Shown here: piece after piece, positions 1 to 12,339 of the stretch
Layout: the number at the start of each line of letters is the position of its first letter
How positions within the stretch are numbered: the first letter of the stretch is position 1
Assembly: GCA_964016885.1 (NCBI GenBank)
Contig: OZ024743.1
Span: 340,814,001 to 340,878,000, forward strand
Direction: 5' to 3'
Length of the DNA stretch: 64,000 bases
DNA from: Eledone cirrhosa
Taxonomy: Eukaryota
Translations under genes and position numbers: made by a program
Notes under the pieces: model-generated
What the model was told of the DNA's origin: nothing
Databases searched by the model: none
The model's input: the letters and a program-made list of their open reading frames with translations, nothing else

Positions 1-1829
1 GTGCGTGTAGGTGTGCGTGTGTGTGTGTGTGTATGTGAAAGTGAGGGTTGGGGGAAGAACGGGGTTGCATGTTCAGGAAGAGGTGTGTGTGGGAGGGTGT
101 TTATGTGGGTCGGAGTGTCTGTGCGTGTGTGGATAGGGGGGTGGGGGGAGAGGAATCAGGAGGCCGAGGGTGTAAATACGTGGTGGGAAGCACGTGTGTG
201 TGGGGTTTAAGCGTGTTGTGGGTGTGGGTGGCGTGTGGAGAAAACAAATTTTTTTGGGGTGTGTGTGTGGGTGAGTTATATAGGTGATGATGTAAGAGGA
301 TGGTTGAAAAGTTGGTAAGTTCCAAGGATGTTTGGAGATTTGGTTATAAGTCAATTTCTGCGTGTGGGTAATCCATGAAGCGGTGGTCGGAAGAGGAGAG
401 ATGTGGGCTGCGCGCGCAACAGGAAGTGGTCAGCAGTGGGAGTGCTGTGGTCAGTTGGTGCTGGGAGGTGGTCGGAAGGGCATAGCAGCAGTCGGTGGAA
501 TGGTAGGGAGGCGAGGATGGGTAGGTGTGAGAGTTGGAGTGAGGAGGGAGTGGGTGTGTGTATTAGTAGGGGTGTTAGTGGGATGAGTGAGTGTGGAGCG
601 GGGGTGTGGGTGGAGCGGGGAGAGAAGGGTGTGTGTGGTTCTATGGAGGGAGTGTGGTGTACTGGTATGTGTGTAGTTGGGTGAAGAGGTGTTAGTGGGT
701 GTTAGTATACGGGAGGTGGGGAGGGGTAGAATGCAGGTGTGAGTGGGGGTTAGTAGTGGTAGGGTGTGTAGAGTTGGTGGTGTACGAGGGTGTGTGGGTA
801 CGTGTGCGTGGGGTTGGGGGGTGTTAGTAATGTTAGTTGCGTGTGGGGTGGGTGGTGTAAGTGGGTGCGTGTGTGCGTGTGATAAGGAGGGGGAGGAGGA
901 GAAGAGGGGAGGGATGGGATGTTAGTATGTTAGTTGGGGAAGGGTGGTCAGATGAGGGGTGGAGTGGAGGTGTTAGTATTGTTAGTGTGGGGTGGGCGGT
1001 GAAAGGGGGGGGGGGTGTTAGTGGTGTTAGTGTGGGATAAGTGTGTGTGGGGGGGGGGGGGGGGTCGAACGCTAAAGGAATAAGTGTGGGGAGTTCAGGC
1101 CGGGGGGATTGTGGGTCTGTAAGATGAAGATAGTTCGTTGTTCGACCGTAAGGCGATGGGCGGGTGTTCCGTGGCACTGGAGTAGGCCACAGACTGTGAG
1201 ATGGCGTGCGGTGTGTCCAGGGCCACCAAAGTGGTGGGCGATGGGGGAACTGCCCCCGAGACGAATATCCCGGAGGTGCTCCGTGACTCGGTCCGCCAGG
1301 CGACGTCCCGTCTGTCCGACGTAAGTCGCGCTGTACTCCGTGCAGCGAAGTCCGTAGATTTGGTTGGAGGAGGTGCAGCGGAAGGCATGTCGGACCGAGA
1401 GAGAGTGGCCGTTGGGACCCTGGAAGGTGGTGGTGTTGGTGATGTGGGGACAGGTGTTGCAGCGGGGCCTAGAACAGGGGAAGGAACCGGGGGGGGGAAC
1501 AGAGCGTGGGTTGGGGGGTAGGGAGCTGTGGACGAGGAGGGTGCGGAGATTGCGTGCGCGTTTGAAGGAGGGGAGTGGTGGGGTTGGGAAGATGTGGGAG
1601 GTGGAGGGGTCGGACTGGAGGCGTCGGAAGAGGCGGCGGATGGTGCGGTGGAGGGGTAAGATGGAGGGGTGGTAGGTGATGGGGAAGGGGAGACGGTGGG
1701 TGGGTGTGCGGTGGCGTGGGGTGAGGGTGGTGGAGCGGGGGATAGCACGGGCGTGGTTGAGAGCGGTGTAGACGAGAGGGGGGGGGGGGGTAAACTCTGC
1801 GGATGAAATGGCTGACTAGGGAAAGGGCC
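1..1829 (-). mobile_element. Penelope-like retroelement (Neptune-type architecture), 5'-truncated at (AT)n, with long C/A-rich 3' region running off the window start
   Basis: Contains the RT-thumb/Zn-finger/GIY-YIG frame at 1072-1829. Bases 1-356 align by eye with 52491-52848, where the same family's 3' end (HHR core, AATAAA, (AT)n) is visible. Confidence 0.85.
1072..1829 (-). pseudogene. PLE ORF C-terminal part: RT thumb, Cys-rich linker, GIY-YIG endonuclease (not in ORF track)
   Basis: Hand translation: RLPFPITYHPSILPLHRTIRRLFRRLQSDPSTSHIFPTPPLPSFKRARNLRTLLVHSSL...PGSFPCSRPRCNTCPHI...FRCTSSNQIYGLRCTEYSATYVGQTGRRLADRVTEHLRDI...PIAHHF...EQRTIFILQTHNPPGLNSPHLFL*. The frame is open from about 1790 to 1072, with a shift in the G13 run at about 1778-1790. 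Confidence 0.9.
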
Positions 1830-1889
<60 letters not shown>

Positions 1890-2269
1890 TATAACGCCCG
1901 CATCTATTATGAATTCCTCTATATTAGGTGCTCATGCTAACTAATACCAGCCAATCAAGCAAGCACTATATGCAAACCTGTACCTGAAGCAGATGATTTA
2001 ATATGCAATATAGCTTATTCCTGTTGCAGTACTGAATGAACGAATGTCACTGAAGCAACAAAATATATATAATGAATATAATGAATATATATTGTTGTTT
2101 CAGTGACATACACTCACTCAGTAACGAAACAAGAATAAGCTATATGCGTATACATCATTCACTTCTGGATTGACATGCGTAGTCGGGTTGGAAGTGGTAT
2201 CAGGACTGGCTGGAATGAAAATCCGTGCTGTGAAAACTGAGACACTTGTACACTCATAGAGGTCTGCAC

Positions 2270-2894
2270 AGAGCACTCTATATGTGAATGGAGTTCCACC
2301 GAGGCAGGTAAAGAAGTTCAAGTTTTCCGGGACCATGTTTACGAGTGATGGAAGGCAGGAGGCTGAATTAAGTGTAAGAATTGTAGGAGCTGGTACGCCA
2401 GACTCTGCATCCGGTAATCAGAAGAAGGGAGGTAGGTGTAAAAGCCAAACTTGCTATCTCCAATTCGGTATATGTGCCAACCCTTACCTATGGTCATGAA
2501 TCTTGGGTTAAGACAGAAAGAATACGATCGCGTATACAAGTGGCCTAAATGAGGCTCCGTCTAAAGCTATTTGTAGTAACGTTACTCGAGAGAATGCGCA
2601 GCTCGGAGATCAGCGAGTCGCTCCCGGTAGAACCGCTATTTCCCCGAATTGAGAGATCACAGTTCCAACACTATGGGCATGTGGTTAGAATGGTTCAGGA
2701 ATCGATGGACAGATTTTACTGGCAAATCCAACCGGCAGGAGACCTAGGGATAGACCCCCGAGCAAGATGGTTGGATAACATCCATGAGCTTCCCTGGTCT
2801 CATTTGGGGATCCAGCCTGATCAGTTGGAGAGACTTGCTTCTGACAGGACCTGCTGAAAGGAGTGTTTGAGGAATCTGCCCCCACGATTCTCAG

Positions 2895-2895
<1 letters not shown>
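2270..2895 (+). mobile_element. RTE-clade LINE 3' fragment (Rex3/Expander-like), degenerate
   Basis: Across frames: QVKKFKFSGTMFTSDGRQEAEL, YVPTLTYGHESWV, VEPLFPRIERSQ..YGHVVRM, PRARWLDNI..LGIQPDQLE. These match the Rex3/Expander post-RT region. Confidence 0.8.
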
Positions 2896-2972
<77 letters not shown>

Positions 2973-3058
2973 CTGAGAATAAAATTTACATCTTCGAAAT
3001 ATATGTAATGAAATAAATAGAGATGATACAAAGTATATATCTTTCGTTTATTACTATT

Positions 3059-3128
<70 letters not shown>

Positions 3129-3134
<6 letters not shown>

Positions 3135-4462
3135 TGGAATAAATGCTCTGAAATAGCGATATATATGTGAATATAGACATAGAATATTCGAAAATATTCT
3201 GTATGTTTATAATAAACATTTTGAAGACCTAATCGCTATAGAATAGAATACGTCACGTATTACAATTAGATTCTCGATAAAAGCAAGGGAAGTAATCTAC
3301 GCGTTTCATTCTCGTTAGAAATCATCAGGACTACATATCCAGTGCTTTTATCGAGAATGACACAGCTAGAGACTTATAGAATACTTAGCTGTGTACAGGA
3401 ACTGGTTTGAAAGAGCGGTTGCCGGTCCGGCAGAAATTAGAAATTGGAATAAATGCTCTGAAATAGCGATATATATGTGAATATAGACATAGAATATTCG
3501 AAAATATTTTCGAATATTCTATGTCTATATTCACATATATATCGCTATTTCAGAGCATTTATTCCAATTTCTAATTTCTGCCGGACCGGCAACCGCTCTT
3601 TCAAACCAGTTCCTGTACACAGCTAAGTATTCTATAAGTCTCTAGCTGTGTCATTCTCGATAAAAGCACTGGATATGTAGTCCTGATGATTTCTAACGAG
3701 AATGAAACGCGTAGATTACTTCCCTTGCTTTTATCGAGAATCTAATTGTAATACGTGACGTATTCTATTCTATAGCGATTAGGTCTTCAAAATGTTTATT
3801 ATAAACATACAGAATATTTTCGAATATTCTATGTCTATATTCACATATATATCGCTATTTCAGAGCATTTATTCCAATTTCTAATTTCTGCCGGACCGGC
3901 AACCGCTCTTTCAAACCAGTTCCTGTACACAGCTAAGTATTCTATAAGTCTCTAGCTGTGTCATTCTTGATAAAAGCACTGGATATGTAGTCCTGATGAT
4001 TTCTAACGAGAATGAAACGCGTAGATTACTTCCCTTGCTTTTATCGAGAATCTAATTGTAATACGTGACGTATTCTATTCTATAGCGATTAGGTCTTCAA
4101 AATGTTTATTATAAACATACAGAATATTTTCGAATATTCTATGTCTATATTCACATATATATCGCTATTTCAGAGCATTTATTCCAATTTCTAATTTCTG
4201 CCGGACCGGCAACCGCTCTTTCAAACCAGTTCCTGTACACAGCTAAGTATTCTATAAGTCTCTAGCTGTGTCATTCTCGATAAAAGCACTGGATATGTAG
4301 TCCTGATGATTTCTAACGAGAATGAAACGCGTAGATTACTTCCCTTGCTTTTATCGAGAATCTAATTGTAATACGTGACGTATTCTATTCTATAGCGATT
4401 AGGTCTTCAAAATGTTTATTATAAACATACAGAATATTTTCGAATATTCTATGTCTATATTC

Positions 4463-4463
<1 letters not shown>
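3129..4463. repeat. 310-bp HHR-containing unit: 377-bp inverted arm (3129-3505) joined without spacer to about 3.1 tandem copies (3506-4463), flanked by (AT)n
   Basis: ATCGCTATTT recurs at 3541, 3851 and 4161. The palindrome centre is AAAAT|ATTTT at 3505/3506. I saw one substitution between copies (3968). Confidence 0.95.
3654..3740 (+). ncRNA. Minimal type I hammerhead ribozyme motif (also 3964-4050 +, 4274-4360 +, 3271-3357 -)
   Basis: GTAGTC-CTGATGA-t TTCT aacg AGAA t-GAAA-CGCG-TA^GATTAC. Stem I GTAGTC/GATTAC is extended by a 15-bp helix TTCTCGATAAAAGCA/TGCTTTTATCGAGAA. Predicted cleavage is after GUA at 3713. Confidence 0.85.
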
Positions 4464-4496
<33 letters not shown>

Positions 4497-4543
4497 ATAT
4501 ATATTGTGTATATATATATATATGTGTGTGTATATATATTGTA

Positions 4544-4835
4544 ACAAGTACATATGTTGTTGAGGTGTACAATTTTGTCAATACTTTGATATGTCCAGTT
4601 CCTGGTTGGGTTGTTATTTCACTGAGGAACTGGAATAACAACCCAACCAGGAACTGGACATATCAGAGTATTGACAAAATTATACACCTCAACAACATAC
4701 GTACTTGTCTATACCACACTAATTCGGACTGCCTGAAGAAGTCACAGCCAAAGATGGCTGTCACCGAAATATATATAGCAGTAATAAACGAAGCTAAATT
4801 TTAAACATTTGACTTTTTATTTTACTTTAATTTTA
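4544..4835 (+). mobile_element. Short PLE pLTR-like element with inverted 5' arm (4544-4634 vs 4634-4708); second copy at 61345-61562
   Basis: Inverted repeat followed by HHR and AATAAA, starting at an (AT)/(GT) array. Confidence 0.75.
4728..4782 (+). ncRNA. Type I HHR motif (copy at 61456-61510 +)
   Basis: ACTGC-CTGAAGA-[ACAGCCA aaga TGGCTGT stem II]-GAAA-TATATA-TA^GCAGT, then AATAAA. Confidence 0.8.
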
Positions 4836-4950
4836 CATTACTTCGGAGTAACCAAACCAACCTGCGCACCTCGTCGAGTACTCCAGCCTGCATACAGAAG
4901 TGTTGGTATACAACCAACATATACTCAAAATCTCTCTCTCTCTATATATA

Positions 4951-5821
4951 TAAATGAAAATAGAGAAATTAATGTGAGCAAGAAGCCAACAGTATTTCAT
5001 AATATATAAGTGACTATAACGTCAAAATGGAAAATAATTAACGTAAGATATGGGAAAATAATTCAAACTCAATTAAAAAAAGAACCAAGATATAGATTTT
5101 ATCCACAGACTTTGTGAAATCCAGGGAAAAAACCAATAGAGTCTTGACTCAGAATAAAATAAAGTCCATCCTTCAATTTGGAAAAACTACAAATGGTCTA
5201 TAAAAAGACTATTTCACGAAACCTTTCAGTGCGATTAGTCACGGTTGGAGTCGTTCATCAGTAGAGCTCAACACAATAACTTAAAATCACTGCCAAAATA
5301 TGCCAGAAAGGGAATTCAAAAGCAGGCTAGTTCACCTCGTGCGGAATTATGAAAATAAATACACATGGAGAAAGATGGCTGGTGACGTCAGAATGAGACG
5401 AATGTCTGTTTACAAGAAACAGCAGTCAAAAACATTCCGAAAAAACTCTACAAAATGTAAGGAGTTCAGCAAATAGCAATATTATCAAGGTCTTTTTTAA
5501 AAAAAGACAAATAATTTTAAGCACTCTAGGAAAAATTCCGAGTATAAATATAAATGAAAATAGAGAAATTAATGTGAGCAAGAAGCCAACAGTATTTCAT
5601 AATATATAAGTGACTATAACGTCAAAATGGAAAATAATTAACATAAGATATGGGAAAATAATTCAAACTCAATTAAAAACAAAATCAAGATATAGATTTT
5701 ATCCACAGATTTTGTGAAATCCAGGGAAAAAACTAATAGAGTCTTGACTCAGAATAAAATAAAGTTTAAATACTCATCCTTCAATTTGGAAAAACTACAA
5801 ATGGTCTATATAGTCTTAAAA

Positions 5822-5826
<5 letters not shown>
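4951..5826. repeat. Partial tandem repeat, period 600 bp; diverged third copy at 41882-42330
   Basis: TAAATGAAAATAGAGAAATTAATGTGAGC at 4951 and 5551, bounded by (AT)n. Partial tandems are typical of PLE insertions. Confidence 0.8.
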
Positions 5827-5871
<45 letters not shown>

Positions 5872-6632
5872 TATGAGAGAAAGAGATAGTTACACACATA
5901 CATAGTATTATGTATAATATGTAAGTCTACTTTATCCAATGTGTCCGTCCTCTTGCTTTTGCAGAATGGTGTGTTATTAAGGACTTTCGGCTGCTATTTC
6001 TAGCAAGTTGAGCGATTATGTACTGCATTTTCCATTAATTCAAACTTACGTAAAATGGTAATTAAGACTTGTAACCCTAATCTTGAATAGGAGAAGGAAG
6101 GTTGCCAATTTCTGTCATGCTCCCTCGAATTGGTCCGGAAGATCGAGCAACATTAATTGTAACGTTATCTTATAGGTTTCTATCGCACGAAGTTTGGATT
6201 AATAACATTGTGCGATATATAATCATTCCCCTCCATGCTTCTCGTCTTCCTCTCTTCTCTCTCATTCCAGGATTGACAGTATCATTAGAAGGTCGGACAT
6301 AATATATTGCAGTGTTTGTTCCGGTTCGTTACGTTCTGAGTTCAAATTTCACCTTTCTAATCATCCTCTTTTCTTCTTCCATCCTTCCTCTCTTCTCCCG
6401 CATTGCTGGATTAGCAGAACCACTAAATCAGCAGACGAAATGCCTTGTGCTAATTGTTCCCGCTTTCTACATTCTGAGTATAATCATGTCAAGATGTCTA
6501 TAAATTACTGAGGTCGATTTAATCGATGATTCCCCCCCCCCCCCCCGCCCTAGATTTCTCACTTTTCTATTTTAGAAACGATCAACTGTAATCATCGAGT
6601 TGAAGAAATAACCTCTACGTCTCATTTAACTA

Positions 6633-6823
6633 ATAATTGTTTCTATTTTAGGCACAAGGCCAGCAATTACCCAGTACAATACTGGTACTTTATTTTATCG
6701 ACCCCGTAAGGATGAGAGGCAAAGTTAACCTCGGCGGGATTTGAACTCAGATCATAAAGGGACGTAACTCTATGCTTCAAAGCATGGTGTCCGACTCTCT
6801 ACCGATACTGCCAATCCACCGCA
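6633..6823 (-). mobile_element. tRNA-derived SINE (about 190 bp)
   Basis: Reverse strand shows A-box-like TGGCAGTATCGG, B box GAGTTCAAATCC, core GCCTYTCATCCTTACGGGGTCGATAAAATAAAGTACCAG and an AT-rich tail. At least 8 copies are in the window. Confidence 0.85.
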
Positions 6824-9259
6824 TTCGATAATGTATTTCTCTTTTAATCTTATACCTATTCCAGCCGATGGGATGTAGTCACGCTAGGGCGCCGTCGTTA
6901 TTGCTATACCTTCTATGGCCTTCTTTCTTTGGGTGGTAATTGATGAATAAGAGTTTGCCACCACTACTCTCATTTGTATTTGTTGATGCGAGGTAGACTC
7001 ATCACGGATATTGGACAGCCATTTCATGTAGGTCTCTGAAGTTATTTGGCAAGATATTAGAGATCTGTTGGCCTTTGAATGTAAAGGTTATTGCAACATC
7101 TTGTCGTTACTCTAGATTGCAGTGGTATCCTGTTTGAGGGTTGGTGTTACAAGTATATATAACTGAAATGCATTTGGTCATAGGTCCACTCCTTCACATT
7201 ACCATTTCTGTTCTGCATGATTATTTGGTATTCTATAAGTAGAAGCCAATGTACTGCATATCGAGTCCAAATATTTTAAAACAAATAAATGACAATTTAG
7301 TGTCTGTAAAAATGATGGGAACATGACGAATATGTTTATTTGATCATGGTTGAATGGGAGTAAACAACACCAGAAACCATTTTCTGTAATCAATTAGCAG
7401 TAATGTGCTCTAAATGCCTCCTACGGTGATAATACGGTCTAATGGTCAGAAATTGACTATCCTTGCTTCTACTATCTGTAGTACATAATCTATTAAGTCA
7501 CGCACAAGTAAACACGTACTAAGCACGATCACTAATGTTCCCTAACATCTCATATATAGAGAATCCTGCAAACACTTATGAAGTGTGCAGAGAGACAGAG
7601 AGAGACCTCATCTTCGTGGGGACAGAGAGAAACCTATTCTTCGAATATATATAAATATATATAATTATATAAAACTAGACACTAGTATCTACATACATAT
7701 ACACATAAATACATATACACATAAATACATATACACATAGATACACATACATAACGACATAGTTTTACAAATATAAGTGTGTGTGTGTTTTCAAATGGTT
7801 TTAGGAGTGTGTTTTAGTTACATATAAGTGACGTATAAAGTCCAAGTCTCTGTAGGAGTTTATCATTTATTTCTCAGCTAGATCAATAAGTAGATAAATA
7901 TATGGAGAAATATCTATGTCAGTTAAGCCAACCGAATAACAATTACCACATATATGATATTTCGAGAACCATTCTTCAATTTATTATGTATTAAGTACTT
8001 AAAAGTGAAAACTATAGAAATGCATGGCTGTGGATTAGTAGAATGGTTAACGTTTCGGATAATATACAAGGCTATATTTAATTATGTCGCTTTATTTTCT
8101 GAATTCCATTACGGTAGTGCCGATAAAATAAAGCCCCGCTAGATAATAGCATATTAATATAAAAGTTTAAGAGAAATACAAAACAGTGCAATTATAAAGC
8201 GTTTGAACACAGTGAATCATAGGCCAAAACAGTGCTACCATGAGGCTACCCATCTTACTAGAAATAGCTGCAACATTTATTGTAGTACGTTATTCCGTCG
8301 TTATAGTTACAGAATTTTTCCATAATATGGCGGATTTTCTTTTTTGCATGATCTATCTTAAACTAAAAAACATCATCATCATCATCATCATCATCAATAG
8401 CAGTAGAAGCAACACCAATCTATACGGTTTCGGTTTTCTCATATTGATTAGATGTTTTATTCTACCCATGTACGGATGGACTATACCTGTAATTCAAAGT
8501 GCCAGCCTCGTCACACAATCTGTCACGTTGAATCTTCCTGAGAATTACGTCAAGGGTACACATAATTGTGAAAAACTCAGCTACTTGCTTGTTAATTTCA
8601 TGCCACAGGCTGTCCCTTGAACACGTAGAGAACTTATCAAGACCAACAAAGGGCCATTTTATGCGTGTGTGTATGAGTGTATGTGCGTATGCACACGAGT
8701 ATGTCTGAGACTGTACTTCGTTTGTAATTAGAAGAAAACATTTTACTTATTACGTTTAAACTTGTGGTGTGAAAGACGTTTATTTTCACTTTCCTTTTGT
8801 GGGTTAAATTTTTACCAGATCAAGGCTTCAAGTTTCAAAGAAACTTTTTGCATACAATATTATCGTGGAATATGTTTTCAGGAATTACATATATCTCGAA
8901 AGAAGTGTGACATTACACTTAATTTTAGACAGAAAGAGATAGGTGTGTTGTGGGTATCTTGCTTCTCCGTTACTTCGATATACGACTTTACTGTAGGTTT
9001 TGCCAATTTTACATCTCTTCTTGATAGGCATAGTCTATTGAGAGGGCATCCAATGGCGTCTATGCAATTGCATTCTAGTTTGATTGCTCGTGCGAGATTT
9101 ATAGATAATTGTTTATGTTGTCCACACAGTTATATCTGGCCTAAACATAATTTTTGTAGACGGCTTTGCAACATTTATGTAAAATTAATATGTGCATATT
9201 AATTAGTTTTATAATTGTGAAATGAATAAATGCATATTAATTAGTGTTCTAGCAATATT

Positions 9260-9566
9260 GATTTTCGAATATATTGGCCTTGTTGTGGCGAGGGGTTTTG
9301 TGTTCTGTAAATCCGAGAGAGCGTTGCCGTCTGGAGCTTTGCTCCTTGTAGGACTATCGTAGACGGGCCAGTCTCCAGGGGAAGTATCTCTATATTTGCA
9401 TGTTCCATCGCTAATCGCTTCAGCGCCTTGTCCAAGGACGAGACCAACAACTGGCAGATCTGAAGGCCAACTTTATTGATTCCTCTCGGTATATAGTTAG
9501 TGCGTCCCTAAGCTGATCGATCGAGTTGCTGAATAGGGAGATGTCATCCGCGTACTTCAGGTTGAT
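9260..9566 (-). mobile_element. Degenerate, internally deleted LINE fragment (probably RTE)
   Basis: Minus-strand NLKYADDISLFSNSIDQLRDALTIYREES contains the RT YADD motif. Confidence 0.6.
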
Positions 9567-10239
9567 ATATATATATATTTATTAAAATAAGAGATTAAAG
9601 TTCAAGCAAAGAATCGCTGATTTCACCCTTAACGGGATCTTCTGAGAGATTCCGTTAAGGGTGAAAACAGCGATTCTTTGACTAAAAACCCCGGAATAAC
9701 TCACATTATACTCACTTCGTCCATTTTCTACTTCATCTATTTGGAACTTTCATCGTGGTAGGATTGTTTTCTCGGTTGTTTTCCTCCTGAAAACCGTTGA
9801 TTTAGAGAAATCGGCTGAGGAATTTATTTTTCGGTTGTTATTGTGTTTGTCACCTCCCGCAGATTTTTTTTGCCCGATTCTGAACTGTCTCGTTTGTTCC
9901 ATTTCCCACTTGTTTCATTACATTTGATTTATCACATAATAGAATATTTTTCAATACGCTGACGCGTATGTGTATATGTGCATGCGTGTGTGTATCTGCA
10001 TATGCATACGATTATATGTATGTGTATACAAACACAGACAGACAGACACACATACAAAAATACACACTCACAGCCATACATTCACACACATACACATACA
10101 TTCACACAAACACACACATACACATACCCTCACACACACACAACGTAGCAAATAGAACGCCAGCGGCTATTTTGCTATAGTTTTTTTCACCATTCCCTTC
10201 CTTTCTTTTACACACATATACATTCACACACGCACACAC

Positions 10240-10975
<736 letters not shown>

Positions 10976-11771
10976 TCACGCGCATACATATACTTATATA
11001 TGCATGCTTATCTTTGTGTGGTGTGTCAGTGTGTGCGTGCGTGCGAGTGTGTGTATCTGTTTGGGGGTGAGGTGGGAGATAATTACGAGAGAATGAATCA
11101 GTTAACTTTATACCAGCCATGCAGAACAAATTCATTCTGTCTAATATGTCTTATTATATTTTCCAGTTAGATCAACATGTAGAGAAATATAGCAGAAAAA
11201 AATTTGTGTGAGAGTTAAGCCGACCAAATAATAATTAGCATGTTCATAGTATTTCGAAAAACATACTGTAATTTATATAGAATAAAGCACTTAACGGCAA
11301 AGTCATTGAAATCTCTACGGTTTAGGTTTTGTTTCATTGCTTAAAGGCTCCATAGAACTAATAACATTTGTGCAGTAATTTTCTAGTGACACGAAATCAG
11401 TTTTCTTCCTTTGCTAAGAGGGTTTCTTTCCGTCTGTCTCGTCTACATATTTGTTAACCATTCTTCCGGACTAACGCTCCTACTTTACAGATTTTGAGAT
11501 CTACTTAGTAAAATTGGTATTCCCCCTGTCTCTAATTAACTTTTCAAGTGTATTTCTTCTTCAGGATTATATTTTTTCCACTAACTAACTGATGCATGCA
11601 ATGTCATTGGTTATAATGTTCGCTTGGCAATCACCTATTTCCGGGTTCGATTTGACTACGCGTCATTATAGACAATTTTTGTTTACTATGATATCAGATC
11701 TACTAAATTCATGTGTGTGTGAAGTTGGGAAGACAAATACTATGAAGTAACCTGTCGGATATATATGTATA

Positions 11772-12030
11772 TCGTCATCGTCAAAATAACGTCCACTTTC
11801 CATGCTAGCAAGGGTTCGACAGGTCGACATAAACCAAGTCAGTACTGAAGCTGAGCCACTGATCTACCAAGCAGGCCAGCGATCTGCTTCTTGATTTATG
11901 TGCAGTTTCACGTTTCACCGAGTGCATAAGAGAGCTTGTCATGTCTTTGACACAGCTGTCGGTCCTCCCAACCCTTTTCGGCAAAGTCTCTACGGCTGGA
12001 TGCCCTTCCTATCATCAACCACTTTACAAC
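11772..12030 (-). mobile_element. SINE/LINE-tail repeat family (related pieces at about 18860-19120 + and 48345-48500 -)
   Basis: Shared TCTACGGYTGGATGCCCTTCCTA..CAACCAC motif and AACGTCCA..TTCCA.G.TAG motif next to a short (CAT)-type tail. Confidence 0.55.
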
Positions 12031-12339
12031 GTTTATCTTGTAGGTCACCAAACACTAGGGAGGTTGCCATGTCTTTAACACGACTGAAGAGTCCTTCCAA
12101 CCCTTTGTTTGGCAAGCACTCCACAGCTAGATCTCCTTCCCATCACCAACTAGTTCACAGTAGGCAGCTGCTAGGAATGTGGGGGGCTGATTTAGCGATG
12201 TTAAGAATAGCTATTTGTGAGTACTAGTGGAGGTGGGGTATGGGGGAAGGTCAAGTCACATTGTATGCTGCAGGTCGGGTCTTCTTCAGCAACGCATAGC
12301 GCCAGCCCTCGCGCTGTTTAGTAACATGTGATATATATA

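Noticed and set aside
1095-1748. 217-aa Pro/Ser/Thr-rich ORF (mucin or extensin-like)
   Set aside because: It is an off-frame shadow of the C-rich GIY-YIG coding frame.
3506-4463. CRISPR array or ordinary satellite
   Set aside because: There are no unique spacers and the context is eukaryotic. The HHR and inverted arm point to a retroelement origin.
6633-6823. tRNA gene
   Set aside because: A and B boxes are present but there is no cloverleaf. It is a multi-copy SINE head.
8240-9202. 126-aa and 146-aa ORFs as host exons
   Set aside because: No recognisable domain, and the first overlaps a (CAT)n tract and a repeat fragment.
9607-9681. HHR in a small palindrome
   Set aside because: The core reads CAGAAGA or CTGAGAG and stem I is not evident. 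Recorded only as a short fold-back.
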